A stretch of 64,000 nucleotides of DNA from Eledone cirrhosa. Lineage: Eukaryota. Both the position numbers and the translations under genes were made by a program. The notes beneath the pieces were generated by a model, which worked only from the letters and a program-made list of their open reading frames with translations, had not been told where the DNA came from and did not search any database. Below, in pieces: positions 25,640 through 40,285 of this stretch (within the stretch, counting starts at the first letter, position 1; each line of letters starts with the position of its first letter). The DNA lies in assembly GCA_964016885.1 (NCBI GenBank), contig OZ024744.1, positions 84,320,001 through 84,384,000 on the forward strand. Reading direction: 5' to 3'.

Positions 25640-25889
25640 TGTGACAATTAAATAATACTAATAATTGTTTGTGTGTATTCAACTAATTTCGCCTCCTTTA
25701 AGCTGACTGTCGACTTATTTAGGAAAATTGTATAGGGAGGCAGTTGGAGGAGAATGTACTGTTATTTCTAGCACACAGATATCGTCTTTTCGTCCACCAT
25801 GATATCATATAGAAAAAGGGAACCACAACACTTCACACTCTCTCTAACTAAAACATTTCTTCATTTGTTGTCTGCTGGTCTGACATCTG

Positions 25890-25985
<96 letters not shown>

Positions 25986-27010
25986 TGTTATATATATATA
26001 TCAAAATAAGGATCCAAAGGCATGGTATAAATTTCCAATCATTTTAATCACGACACATGTTTCAATAAGAGATAGATCGATCGTGCGGCCATGATCGATT
26101 ATCACTGATTTGACAGGTGATAATGAATTGTCTTCAAATCTTTGATATGAGGGAGAAAAAATGTAACGATGTTCACTCACTAGAGTTTTGTTCCCCATAT
26201 GAAGATTAAGCAGCCAAAACACGCCGACTGCTATTGTCCTTAGTTAGGGTCATATAACTATCAAGTCTCTATCTCTCAATAGCTGTAAAAGACACTGGAC
26301 GGGTCTAATCTCAACATCAAATCTTTAGAATTACAGTCGGTCTCAGTTAGTGTGAGTGAGTACACACACACTCACACACACACCGACGCGAGGTCGAAGT
26401 AAAAATATATAAATATACCAACATAGTATTCACCGATTTGACGATGTAAATTGGAGAAATTGGGTCAACCGCAGCCCTATACACACCCAAGTAAATTCAG
26501 TTCAATGTTCTGTTATACGTGTATCGATTGAATTGTAAATAGTGTATGTTTTCGTACATACACATCCGTATCGTCAAAAAAAGTGTATGTTTTGGTATAT
26601 ACACATCCATGTGAAGAGCAAGTAGTCAGTTCATATCGAACTCTGTATGTGCCGTTGTCCCATTGAGAATCTTAGTCCCCAAATCTGTGCGTGCAAGCAA
26701 CCGCCATGTAGGCCAACAAGGGGCTCTGTATAGGGTAGGGTATTTTAGTTAAGGTGTCAGTATGTGCGTTTTCCCGTCATATGGGCCGTTGGGCTTTTAA
26801 GATAGGTGTTTGAGTGGTGGAGGTGTGTTACCCAACACAGAAATAAAATAAAATAAAATAAAAAAGAATAGCAAAACCCCGAGGATGTGTGTAAGCCCAT
26901 TAATGGTGTGTAAGTAATATTGTCCAATCAGTAACCGTGAGCACTCCATGGATAGATGATCATGGATCAAAAGCTAGTGTAGTGTTGAATTGATAGGATC
27001 GTGACCAGTC

Positions 27011-27076
<66 letters not shown>

Positions 27077-27171
27077 TATATCAAAGGTATATATTGAGTT
27101 AGATACTCAAAATAGTCTCTTACAATAAAATAGCTCTAAGAAAGAAATATTTCCGAGCCGTATATTATACG

Positions 27172-27538
27172 TGAATATAAAAGAAAAACGAACACAGGTA
27201 TATAGATATATGTGCTCAGATCGTAAGGGACCAGATACGCTAAGGTGAAAAGAATACTAACTTAAATTGAGTCAGGCAAACCCTATTGTCTATAGTTAGT
27301 ATTCTTTTCACCTTAACGAATCTGGTCCCTTACGATTTGAACACATGTCTGTATATATCTGTGTTTGTTTTTCTTTTATATTCAATTATAAAATTATATA
27401 TTAATATATAGATATTTTAATACAGAGGAGCTTCTACAGGACTAGAACTGTATCATTCGTGAGAAATCATCAGAAAGCGCCTGATGATTTCCCACGAATG
27501 ATACAGTTCTAGTCCTGTAGAAGCTCTTCTATATTAAA
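27172..27538. repeat. Twin inverted repeats (copy of 9321-9687)
   Basis: Same two palindromes at 27172-27384 and 27416-27538. Confidence 0.9.
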
Positions 27539-27619
27539 CATTTATACTCTTCTATGTATTGAGTACCTTACTTATTGTGGTTACCCCCTATTCAACCGGG
27601 AATAACTTATATATATGTA

Positions 27620-29128
27620 GAGTCGCCGGCAATCACATTGGACGCCGAGCTCTGGCCAGTTCAGTACCCTCGACTCCTTTGACGATGTTTGCCAGAGTAT
27701 TGTGAATCGGTTCCGTTTCGGGTGAATTTTATCAGCAGGTCTCTGGGGTAGCGATGGGAACCAGAATTGATCCAAACTATCCCAACTTGTTTGTTGGTTA
27801 CGTCGAAGCCCAGATCTTCTCTCAGTACGCTTGACCGACTCCTGAGCTATACGGTCATTATATCGACGACTGTGTCGGCGCCACCTCTCTATCACGAGAA
27901 CAGCTCGACTCTTTCTTTCCTTTGTCCTATCTTTCAATCCTGCTCTCAATTTCACCGCCTCCGTCTCCGATTCTTCTGTCGCTTTTCTAGATATCTCTCT
28001 ATCTATTAATCACTCTTACCACAGCTTCTCTACTTCCATCTTCATCAAACTAACAGACTCCCAATCTTACCTCGACTTCACATCCTCCCATCCAACCCAC
28101 ACCAAACAATCCATACCCTATTCCCAATTCCTCCGTTTTCGACGATTTCGAAACCCATTGCTTTCGCATGGCTTCCTGCTTCATCTAGCGTGGATATCCC
28201 CCCCCCCTCTCACTCTGATCCAAGCTGCTCTCACCCGCGCCCAGGAAACATACCGCACCACAGTCCTCTCACCTCACCCCCGCCTTCCCAACACCTGTGT
28301 TCCTTTCCCTCTAGCCTACAACCCTACCACTCCGGCGTCATATCCTCCGTTCCTTCCGTATCCTCTCTTCTCACCCCGTTACTTCTCCCTTTTTTCCAAA
28401 CCCACCCATTACTGCCCGCAACCTCCGCGACCTCCTGGTTCGCAGTTCCTTTTCGTCCTCTTCCACGACTCCACCTGGCTCTCATCCTTGTTCCAGTTCC
28501 TGCTGCAACACTTGTCCCTATATTTCAACCCTCACCACTCTTACAGGCCCTAACGGGTCTTTCCATATCCGCCATTCCTTCACCTGCACATACACCCACG
28601 TTGTCTACGCCCTCCGGTGTTCCCTTTGCGGGTCTTTATATATCGGACAAACGGGACGCCGTATGGCGGACCGTTTTGCCGAACATTTGAGGGACATATG
28701 ACTCGGTTTGAATACTCCTGTGGCCCGTCATTTCTGTTCTATTTGTCATTCTTCCCTACATGTTTCAGTCCTTGGTGTCCTTTTACAAAATGGATCACAA
28801 GCCTCGCGCACCAGGACTGAACAAAGTCTAATTCACCGCCTTGTGTCCTATCCCCTCTTTGACTGAAACTCACCTCCCCAATTTCTCTAATACTCCGTCC
28901 ATTATCACACCCCTAGATTCCTATCGCTTTCTCTTGATCTTTAGCAGCTTCTCTTACAACTAATACGTGCGGACTATATATGATAACTCCACTTTTCCCT
29001 ACACTGTTCTGTATACACACATACACACACTTATATTTACATACTTTTGTTCATAGCTTCGTACTTACATGCACACACACTCTTTTACTCTCATATACAC
29101 ATTTTTCTTCATAGATTCGTACTGACGT

Positions 29129-29130
<2 letters not shown>
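27620..29130 (+). mobile_element. Penelope-like element remnant (RT plus GIY-YIG)
   Basis: AMGT..PNYPNLFVGYVE, YIDDC, AFLDI, YLDFTSSHP..KQSIPYSQFLR, VVYALRC..LYIGQT across shifted frames. Confidence 0.88.
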
Positions 29131-29209
<79 letters not shown>

Positions 29210-29276
29210 AAGGTTTAGCAAATAATGAAAAAGTTTCAAAATAAATTTTTAAAAATTGACTTTACCTACTATAGTT

Positions 29277-29359
29277 ACCTTTACCGATCGGTTTCGAATC
29301 CCAAAAATAAACGGAGACCATACGGCCTTCGTTGCAAAGAAAGATTCTCGTCAGAAGGT
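29277..29359 (-). ncRNA. Type I hammerhead ribozyme with intact core
   Basis: Minus strand ACCTT-CTGACGA-GAATCTT...GGGATTC-GAAA-CCGATCGG-TA-AAGGT. Confidence 0.85.
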
Positions 29360-29660
29360 TCTTTTCATTCGAAGAATATAAAATTCTTGAATTTAAATTA
29401 CGAACTAGCGCTATCCAAAACTGTTCCCGAGGTGAGAGTGAATGAAGTGGAATCAATTTTTTCAAGGGCCGAAGTAAAGATGGAGGCAGAGGGAGGTAGG
29501 TCTTATAGTTGCGGCTTGACCTACCTCCCTCTGCCTCTATCTTTACTTCGGCCCTTGAAAAAATTGATTCCACTTCATTCACTCTCATCTCGGGAACAGT
29601 TTTGGATAGCGCTAGTTCGTAATTTAAATTCAAGAATTTTATATTCTTCGAATGAAAAGA

Positions 29661-29742
29661 ACCTTCTGACGAGAATCTTTCTTTGCAACGAAGGCCGTAT
29701 GTCTCCGTTTATTTTTGGGATTCGAAACCGATCAGTAAAGGT
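29661..29742 (+). ncRNA. Type I hammerhead ribozyme (mirror copy, one stem III mismatch)
   Basis: ACCTT-CTGACGA-GAATCTT...GGGATTC-GAAA-CCGATCAG-TA-AAGGT. Confidence 0.8.
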
Positions 29743-29949
29743 AACTATAGTAGGTAAAGTCAATTTTTAAAAATTTATTTTGAAACTTTTTCATTATTTG
29801 CTAAACCTTGTTTATATATGTTCTGGCTCGTTAATTTATTAACCGCCATTGAACCACACTGGCATTTGGTTGGACAATACATGCGTCCTTTAGCGCCTTG
29901 TGCGTGAAGGAACACATATCATATTATATATATATATATATATACATAT

Positions 29950-30957
29950 AACGAAGGAGTTGTGGTAAGAAACCAGATGGACGATAACGCACCAGAGTAC
30001 TCAATACGTAGGGTTGTAAAGTGGGTAATAGGAAAATGTATGACCCGACGGCAGAGCTCAAACCGTCGAAACGCTCCGCCTTCACCACTGCCAAGGTCCA
30101 GAACCACTAGACGACCCTCCGGGTCCAAATGTACCTTCTGTGTTGCGAGGCCCAGATGTTTTTGTAGCAGAATGACAACTCGGGTTGACAGAGAGATGCG
30201 TGCATCTCAAAGTCGTCAAAGGTGGGGGCCAGCTGTCGCACGTTGTTGATCCGGGCCTCGTTTGATAATCTAGTATGACGCGTTCAGGGATCAGGGCGAT
30301 CCTTTCGGTCCTCATTTGAACTACAAGCTGGAGGCCCGTTCCACTGAACGCGTCACCCGATGCCTTTCCCATGGATATTAATGTGTCGTCGTCTAGGTCC
30401 AGGAAACCTGTCAATACCCACCATATGTTCGTAATCGGAAGGATGGTGCGAATTTTTATTTTTTGTGTCCTTCTACCCATGTATGTAGGGTAGAAGGTGT
30501 ATGCAGTGGATGCGAGTGGTTTTATTGTCAGTTTCGCTGCCGTGTCCCTGTCCTTCATGAGAATGGATAGACTCCCGTAGAGTCTATCCTTCTGAATGAA
30601 TAAGATATCTTTCATGACATCTTTTAAAACCAGCTCTATCTCACTCTCTGATGGTTGAGCTGGTTTTTTGGTTTTGTTTGAGACTGTCCTAAACATTTCT
30701 TCCTTTGAATGTTGGTGAAGATGCTTCAGCCATTTTTATCAAAGTAGGATTTTTGGAAATTTTTCGAAAGATGAAATGTTTACACCACTATTTCGCCTAA
30801 AGCCGTAGAATATTTTGAGAGACTGACCGGATCAAAATTTCACCTGGCAGTCCCTCTACAAAATGGTACAAAAATGAAAGTTTACAATTAGGAATTTCTA
30901 TGGAAATTTAGGCAGAACTTACCCAGCAAGTTTCACGCGTGTGTCCATGCCAGAGAA
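29950..30957 (-). mobile_element. L1/Tx1-like 5' fragment, copy 2 (most deleted)
   Basis: Homologous to 10507-12092 with different internal deletions. Confidence 0.8.
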
Positions 30958-31964
30958 TAGATAGATAGATAGATAGATATACACACACGCGTGTGGTTTG
31001 GTGACAATTGGGTTATCATTCGATTTTGAGAACACAGGGAGAGAGAGAATGAGAGCTGTGTCGGATGCATACCAAATATTCTTTTCTTAATACTTCATAT
31101 GCCACGTATTTCCACTATATTTTATTTTAACGAATGAAAAATAAAGACTTATTTCGTAACGTCTCTACCTTTCCATATTTATTTTATACTAAATTAACAT
31201 TTATTTATCTTTCGGGGCAAGATATCTAAACTATAATAAAGTAAGGAGTGCAGGACTGCGTACGATTTATTTTTTTAATCCAGTTAGTAAAATAAGTTGG
31301 ATTACTTTGAATAAATAATGAATGAATATTACATAATTTATGTACTAAATATCGTAAATATAAATAATTTAAAATTGACTTCTTTTCAAAGTTTCAAATT
31401 TATACACTTCCGGTATATCGTCGCCACCACTTCAAGTACCATATATATAGAAAGAGAGAGTTTGTGATGAGAGAGATATAGTGATCATGATTTTCTACCC
31501 GCTGACGCGTATGATTGTGCACGCAAACAAACTTGTAAAATTACACGCTGAGGGACATAGATTCAGATAAATACACATATTATCACACATATACATTTAC
31601 ACAAGCACACATTCACACATGTATTTACACAAACACACACATACAGTCATTATAGTAGCGTTCAGTGAATTGGAAATGGGAGTGTAAAAACAAGTATAAC
31701 GTATTATTTAATTAACACAGTTTAACTCTTTTTTTTTTAAAAATTAATTGTATAAAGATTTTATATAATGATTATAGAACGAAAACACTAACAAATATAA
31801 TATATACAAAGGAAGGGGAAAGGAAAAAAGAAAGAAAAAATACCCAAGCACGTAATACTCGCATCTTAGACCCCATAGAACAATATGCAGGCGAAAGAAT
31901 GGAAAAACGTGACGCTACCAGTGCAAAAGATAGCAATATAGAGCACTGGGTAACCACTAATAAT

Positions 31965-32405
31965 TTTTGAGGCAAGCCAGCACGCTTGAAGCGTTACCTG
32001 GGGTGATGGCGAGTCTGAGGTGCTGGAACAATCAAGTGCCCTCACGAGCATCACCAGTTACCTCTCTTTGGCGAGCCCCCGTGAAGATAAGAACCTGGCT
32101 GTCTTTAGCCCGAATCACCCCAAACGTCTAGAACGCCACAAGCTGGATAATGTAGTTAGCTGACAACACGGTATTTTAGGATTTTGTTCCGTTCATTTGC
32201 GGATGCTGTAGTTCTCGCCCTAACTACTGCATCCATGATGTGGGAAGAAGAAAAAGAGTCACTAACCGTGACGTCCCAGGTAAGGCACCTGCCTCATGAC
32301 CAGGAGCAAGGAGTAACACCTTCAAGTCTTTTACCATCAATTCTGGACAACCCAGACGGTTCCAAAATTGAGGGGATGTTTGCCCGGGCCAAAACCCTTG
32401 AGCGG
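31965..32405 (-). mobile_element. Second-family CRE-like RLE fragment
   Basis: Manual minus-strand translation: LARANIPSILEPSGLSRIDGKRLEGVTPCSWS*GRCLTWDVTVSDSF ... LFQHLRLAITPGNASSVL. Confidence 0.78.
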
Positions 32406-32554
32406 TAATAGGACTGTGTGTATGTGCACTCACGAGTTTGACGGTGTTCTTAAATTAGAGACATGTGTGTGTATCCCTTTCCTCCCTTTTATAGATACAT
32501 TCACACAAACACACATACACATTCTGTGATGGACTGGTGGACAAAATTCCCTCA

Positions 32555-33160
32555 AATTTATATACATGTGAATGGAGTTCTACTGAAGCAGTTAGAGAAG
32601 TTCAAGTATCTTGGAGCCGTGTTCATGAGTGATGGAATGCAGGAGGCTGAATTAAGTGCAAGAATTGCAAAAGCTGATGCAGTAATGCGACAGCCTGAGC
32701 ATTAAGCAATCAGAAGAAGGGGGTAGGTTTAAAAGCCAAACTCGCTGTCTTCCTGCCAACTCTTACCGAGGATCATGAATCTTGAGTAATGACCAAAAGA
32801 ATACAATTGCAAATAAACGCGGCAGAAATGGGGTTCCTCGGAAGGGTCTTTAGAGTAACAGTTACTCGATAGAGAGCATAGCTCAGAGATCAGAAAGTCA
32901 CTCCTGGTAGAACCGCTACTTCTCCGAATTGAGAGATCAGAACTCCGATATTATGAGCATGTGGTTAGAATGTCTCAGTAAAGAAGATTGCTGGACTCAT
33001 TTTACAGGCAAAACCAGCCGGCAAGAGACCCAGAGGTAGACCCTGAGCAAGATAGTTGGATAACATCCATGAGCTTGGCTGGTCACGCTTTCTTTGGGAT
33101 CCAGCTGGATCAGTTAGAGAGGTTTGCTTTTGACAGACTCGCTGGAAGGAGTTATTTGAA
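32555..33160 (+). mobile_element. RTE-clade LINE 3' fragment
   Basis: VNGVLLKQLEKFKYLG..RIAKA, AAEMGFL, SSEIRKSL.VEPLLLRIERS.LR, RPRGRP. Confidence 0.8.
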
Positions 33161-35267
33161 TAAGGGTTCTGTTGTGTATAGTGAAATAGAGAAGCTTTCG
33201 TTAGGGGGAATCTGAGTCTATTATGTATGTTTTAATATTTAAAAGTATAAATATCCAATAACATTAGCTGATAAATAAAGGAAAGCTGAACTACTGTTCA
33301 ATATTTAGAGAAAAGATTTACGGCTAGAGCAATATTTTCATGGATTATTTTTAGGCTAAATGCTTTAGTCACGCATCAGACTATTAAAGCTCTTAATATT
33401 TACAAATATTACTGGTGTCTGAATCAAAATTAAGGGCTCTGTATAGTCATATTTGGGACCATACTCTTTAAGATGAAAGCGTCGTCGAGACTTTTTAAGA
33501 ATCACATCTGTGATGGTATTTTCTTGTTTCTCTATGATGCATATGTAGGGTCTGGGAGGGGTAAACAGACACTGACGAGCCGACGAGAGAACATCTACGT
33601 GGTTTCTCGAAATTCGTGAACTGAGTGAAATGCCATTGAATTGAAACATCGTTGGGAAATATGCTTGTAATCCTAAACAGTGTATTTGTAGGAAACAATA
33701 TGGTGTCAATCAATTCGGTTATTCCATTCTATGATGTCGATTGTAATGAATAAATAACACACGAGTAAAAGCCGTGTCGGACGCATACAATGTTTTTTCC
33801 TTAATACTTAGTATACCAGGTAATTCCACTCATTTTATTATTTTAAGGAATAAAAAAAAAAATAAAAATAAAGACTTATTTCCATATTTATTTTATACTA
33901 AAATTAACATTTATTTATCTTTCGAGTCAAGATATAATATTTATTTAAATTCTCCAAAAACAAACAATTTTAAAATCAAATCAGCAATTCGACAAAATAC
34001 ATTTTTTTTTTTTTTTCTAAATAGAGAAGCAAAATAATGTATTTTTATCCATTCTGTTAACAACCATTAAAAAGTTCCAGCAACAAAGATGTGACAACAA
34101 TCGAAGTTTTATCAGCTGTGTTGCAGTATATTTTGAAACATTTCACGAATCAACAGCTCGGTAAACTTAAGCTGTGTTACGAAAATGAAAGGTTTTTCCC
34201 CGATACAAGAGAGACACCAGTGGTAGCAATTCCATTTCCAGTGAATTCATCTGTGTCTGAGAAAAATAGATATATATATATCAGAATACATAAATACAGT
34301 TGAATGTTTTGATTCAAAAGCATAGAACTGCAGAGACAGCTACATCACGTTTTGAAATAAAAATCTGCCTCATTTAATCGTGCTATCCAATAATGGAGAT
34401 TTAATAACCGATGCCAACATTCTTTTGCAGGTTATGAACTTAAAAACAGATTTACCAAAGTAAAAGAATTCGCCACGTTTCTCAGCACAAGAGAACAGCA
34501 GCACTAAAAAAAATATATTTCCAGTCTTTTAAACCCTTTCGTGAGAGGAATCCGAGTCGATTATGTATGTTTTAATATTTAAAAGTATAAATATCTAACA
34601 ACATTAGGTGATATATAAATAAAAGCTGAACTGTTCAATATTTAGAGAAATAGATTCACATATTATTTTAGGGGGAAATGCTTAATACTTACCAATATTA
34701 CTGGTGTTTGAATCAAAATTAAGGGTTCTGCATACTTCAGGTTTTTTACCATACTTTTGAATAATAAAATATGGTCGAAGCTTTCTACAAATATGATATT
34801 CATTTTTAGGGTAGAATTCCCGAACTAGAACTGGTTCGCATTTATTTTTGACAGGTTCCTGCTGAAAATAATGTGTGTATTATAAAATAGATTTAACTAA
34901 GTAGATACTAATCATTGGCAATAAAAAAAAAAATAAATGAACTTTCTTCAACATTTCATTTCGTATAAACATTTAGAATATAAAGAAAGAAAATACAAGA
35001 TAAATACTTAGTATATAATGATAAAAATAATTAACCTTTTTAAATAACTTACTTGATGATTCATCGTTAGAAATATATGAAGGTCTGGCAGCCACTGGTA
35101 AATTAAAACATGAAATAAATATTTAACTTACACACTATATATAGTGTTAACGTTGGCTCACTTGAACAGTCTTTTTTCTATTTTGGATGGTTGTATTAAG
35201 AGTTTACCCCTATAACACAAAATGGATTAACTTAACTGCCAAGTTTTCATGCGCATATAAACACACA

Positions 35268-36830
<1,563 letters not shown>

Positions 36831-37017
36831 GATAAATCTACCAAATGTTTACGGTAGTGTCCAATCCGTATGAAGAACTCAATGTAATCCGGATATCATG
36901 AAAAGAGAAGATGCATTCAAAAACTACTTTCGGTGAAAAATAAACGGAAAACAGAGTCAAGATAAATTAATAAAATAATGAATAAACAAAGAAACAGTTC
37001 CTTATATTAAAAAAATT

Positions 37018-37157
37018 CATCATTTTACGATCGTTTCTAGGATATATATGTGTTAGAGTTGGTATGCATATTCTATAGATCTATGTACAATATTTATACA
37101 AACTATCAGAGGGAATATACATACCTACACATATATATGCTGTCTTCAGAAATAATG
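37018..37157 (-). ncRNA. Type I hammerhead motif with extended stem II
   Basis: Minus strand CATTATTT-CTGAAGA-CAGCATATATATG...CATATATATCCTA-GAAA-CGATCG-TA-AAATGATG. Confidence 0.72.
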
Positions 37158-37563
37158 ATACTTGTTTATTGAAAAAAACAAAGATTCAATACAATAGGTC
37201 TGTTTGGGAACAGGTTTTGAATTGACCAATAGAGAGATAGTGAGGGTCAAGATAGTAATATAATAGTAGAAGAACATTAAATTATGGGTAGAGGAAGGTT
37301 ATTTTGTATCATAAGAAGTAGGAAATCATCCTTAGAAGGTAATGGTATATTCTTTAAAGATGTTCCTAAGTATTGTTTTTCCATTGTGATATGGATAATG
37401 GACAAGAAAAAGAGCTCAACTATTTTTCTTGTCCATCTTGTCCATTAGGAGCAGCCATTGGTGTTAGCATTGCAGGCGACATAGCTAACTTATTCATGGT
37501 ATGGTGGGACAGTAGACTTAAACAAAAACTAATGAACAATTAGAAGACAGCTTAACCCTGATA

Positions 37564-38706
37564 ATGTACTCCCGCTACGTAGATGATATAAACATCGTTG
37601 TTAAGACACCCCCACTAAAGAACAGTCAGGAACTAGAGAAAAACACAATGGAAAGCATCCAGCAAATAGCAAACTCCATCCACAAGAGCATTAGAGTTAC
37701 TATAGACTACCCAAGTAGACACCCCAACCATCGATTACCTGTACTAGACACAGAGCTCTGGTTAGATACCATTAACAACCAAAAACAAATCCTCCATTCC
37801 CATTATGCCAAACCCATGACTTCCAAACATCTGATCCACCGAAACTCGGCCATTTCGGACCATACCAAAATCAACATACTGATTGCGGATTTGGTACGGG
37901 TGATGAGAAATGTGTCCCGCATGTGCAACCCCGAAGAACTAGAGAGACACATACAACACTTCATCCACCGTATGCAGTTCTCTGGCTACAATCAGAGAGA
38001 TAGAATCAGAGTGTATAAAGGAGCCAGAACCAAATGGGAAAAAATGGTAAATAATGACATAAATGGGACCTGCCCCTTGTATAGGAGCAAATTTTGGAAT
38101 AGAATAGAAAGAACTAGGAACAAGGCCAATAGAATAAACTCATGGTATGAGAGCAATAAATACCAGAGTGTAATGTTCATCAATACAACCCCTAGAGGCG
38201 AACTAGCCTACAAATTTAGAAGGGCCCTAAATAAACATAATCTCAATATTAAGATAGTAGAAAGACCTGGTGCCTCTGTAAAAACACTTATTAGCAAGAC
38301 ATGCCCGTTCCAAAGACCCTCATGTATAGATAAGAAATGTATAACCTGTAAAATAAGCCCCCATATTAACTGTAAAACTAGAAATGTAGTGTATAGCATA
38401 AGATGTACTGAAGGACAATGTAGAAACAAAAATATAGTGTACATAGGTGAGACAGCTCGTAGTATAAGGGAACGAATAAATGAACACTGGCGAGACCTCC
38501 AAGATAATAAAGAATCATCTGTGCTCTACCAACATGCTAAGATAGAACACAGGGGTAGATTAGAGAGCATAGAAATAAAAATAGAATCCACACACAGAAA
38601 AGACGCAATGTTTAGGCAAATTACAAAGGCAGTAAGCATAAAAGAATTAAAACCAAAATTAAATAGAAAATATGAGTGGAACAGCAACATCACAACTTAC
38701 AATTAA
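37564..38706 (+). CDS. Penelope-like element RT C-terminal half plus GIY-YIG endonuclease (5'-truncated element, about 37445-39070)
   Basis: YVDD, LPVLD, HYAKP, Cys-rich linker, VVYSIRC..VYIGETARSIRERINEH; upstream frame GAAIGVSIAGDIANLFM at about 37448. Confidence 0.88.
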   Translation: MYSRYVDDINIVVKTPPLKNSQELEKNTMESIQQIANSIHKSIRVTIDYPSRHPNHRLPVLDTELWLDTINNQKQILHSHYAKPMTSKHLIHRNSAISDHTKINILIADLVRVMRNVSRMCNPEELERHIQHFIHRMQFSGYNQRDRIRVYKGARTKWEKMVNNDINGTCPLYRSKFWNRIERTRNKANRINSWYESNKYQSVMFINTTPRGELAYKFRRALNKHNLNIKIVERPGASVKTLISKTCPFQRPSCIDKKCITCKISPHINCKTRNVVYSIRCTEGQCRNKNIVYIGETARSIRERINEHWRDLQDNKESSVLYQHAKIEHRGRLESIEIKIESTHRKDAMFRQITKAVSIKELKPKLNRKYEWNSNITTYN

Positions 38707-38856
38707 GGACAAAATGAAAACACACACAAAATGAAAACACACACACAGACACCCGGATGTGGCGCATGCGCAAACTGAGCACACAACACACACACAGAAA
38801 CAAAATGGCGTAGGATAGAAGAAAGGAAAGGCACAGAAACGAAGAAAGGAATCCCC

Positions 38857-38901
38857 AGTCACTGAAGAGGTCACAGAGTGTGTGACGAAAGGACTATGAC
38901 T
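38857..38901 (+). ncRNA. Minimal type I hammerhead ribozyme in the PLE 3' pLTR
   Basis: AGTCA-CTGAAGA-G-GTCACA-GAGTG-TGTGAC-GAAA-GGAC-TA-TGACT. Confidence 0.8.
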
Positions 38902-39071
38902 ATATATAAACAACTATCTGGTTGTGGAACCAACCAACCAACCAGAAATTTATAGGTTTGTAAATTTGTAAATTTATAAATTCATGAATTTATAAATATA
39001 TAATAAATTGAAGTGAAAGCAACTGGTGCGTGTGTTTCTTATTGGCAACATGACCCTCCCAAAGTATAACA

Positions 39072-39122
<51 letters not shown>

Positions 39123-39178
39123 TATAAATATATATATATATGTATATATAAATATATATATATATGTATATATATATG

Positions 39179-39385
<207 letters not shown>

Positions 39386-39446
39386 GTAAACTCTTAATAC
39401 AACCATCCGAAATAGAAAAAAGACTGTTGGAGTGAGCTAAAATTTA

Positions 39447-39519
<73 letters not shown>

Positions 39520-39578
39520 AGGCGATGAATTAGTTTTGCGAGGATTTTATATGAAATCTTGTGTCGAAACAAATATGT

Positions 39579-39692
39579 TTATACTTGGGGAGGGTCATAT
39601 TTGTGTAATATTGCCAGAATTACAACCATACAGTGAGTGTGTTCTGTTATTAATTCTGGCAATATTACACAAATATGACACTCGCCAAGTAT

Positions 39693-39694
<2 letters not shown>
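39579..39694. repeat. Inverted repeat with about 45-bp arms
   Basis: TTATACTTGG..GTCATATTTGTGTAATATTGCCAGAATTA / TAATTCTGGCAATATTACACAAATATGAC..CCAAGTATAA; the end resembles 39050-39072. Confidence 0.85.
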
Positions 39695-39765
<71 letters not shown>

Positions 39766-40285
39766 GAGAGTAATAATAATAAATTTGAAGACTAAAATCC
39801 AAAGAGGGCTCGATAAGGATAAGCAGCGATTCTTTGCTTAAACTTTAATCTGTTATTTTAATAAATATATATATATATATAAATATATACATATATATAT
39901 ATACACATATATATATATATTATTTTCAGCAGGAACCTGTCAAAATTAATGGCGAACCAGTTCTATTAGTAATTTGTGAATCCCACCATAAAAAAGAACA
40001 TCATGTGATTCGTAAAAAGGCTCGACCATTCTTTCATTTTAAAGAGTATGGTCCCAAGCCTGAACTATTCAGAACCCTTAATTTTGATTCAGACACCAGT
40101 AATATTGTAACTGCTTGTATTTGCATACCCATAGCGAGTGTTTTCGCGTATGCTTGTGTATGTACGTATATGGATGAGTGTACGTATATTTTTAATTTCA
40201 ATTACCTCTGTATTTTATGTACTTTATTTTTAACTCTGAAGCCGAGAATCATTCGGTTTCCTAAATAGCATTTTATTCTACGCCT

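Larger units (their letters stand above)
29199..29819. repeat. About 620-bp fold-back palindrome (about 300-bp arms, 15-nt spacer) carrying two hammerheads
   Basis: Centre GGTAGGTC-TTATAGTTGCGGCTT-GACCTACC; arms nearly identical; present only in unit 2. Confidence 0.95.

Noticed and set aside
26045-26112. Minus-strand hammerhead ending GAAA-CATGTG-TC-GTGATT
   Set aside because: The 5' core reads GTGATA and is too degenerate to call.
29225-29770. 181-aa ORF and its antisense partner
   Set aside because: By-product of the palindrome; no recognisable motifs.
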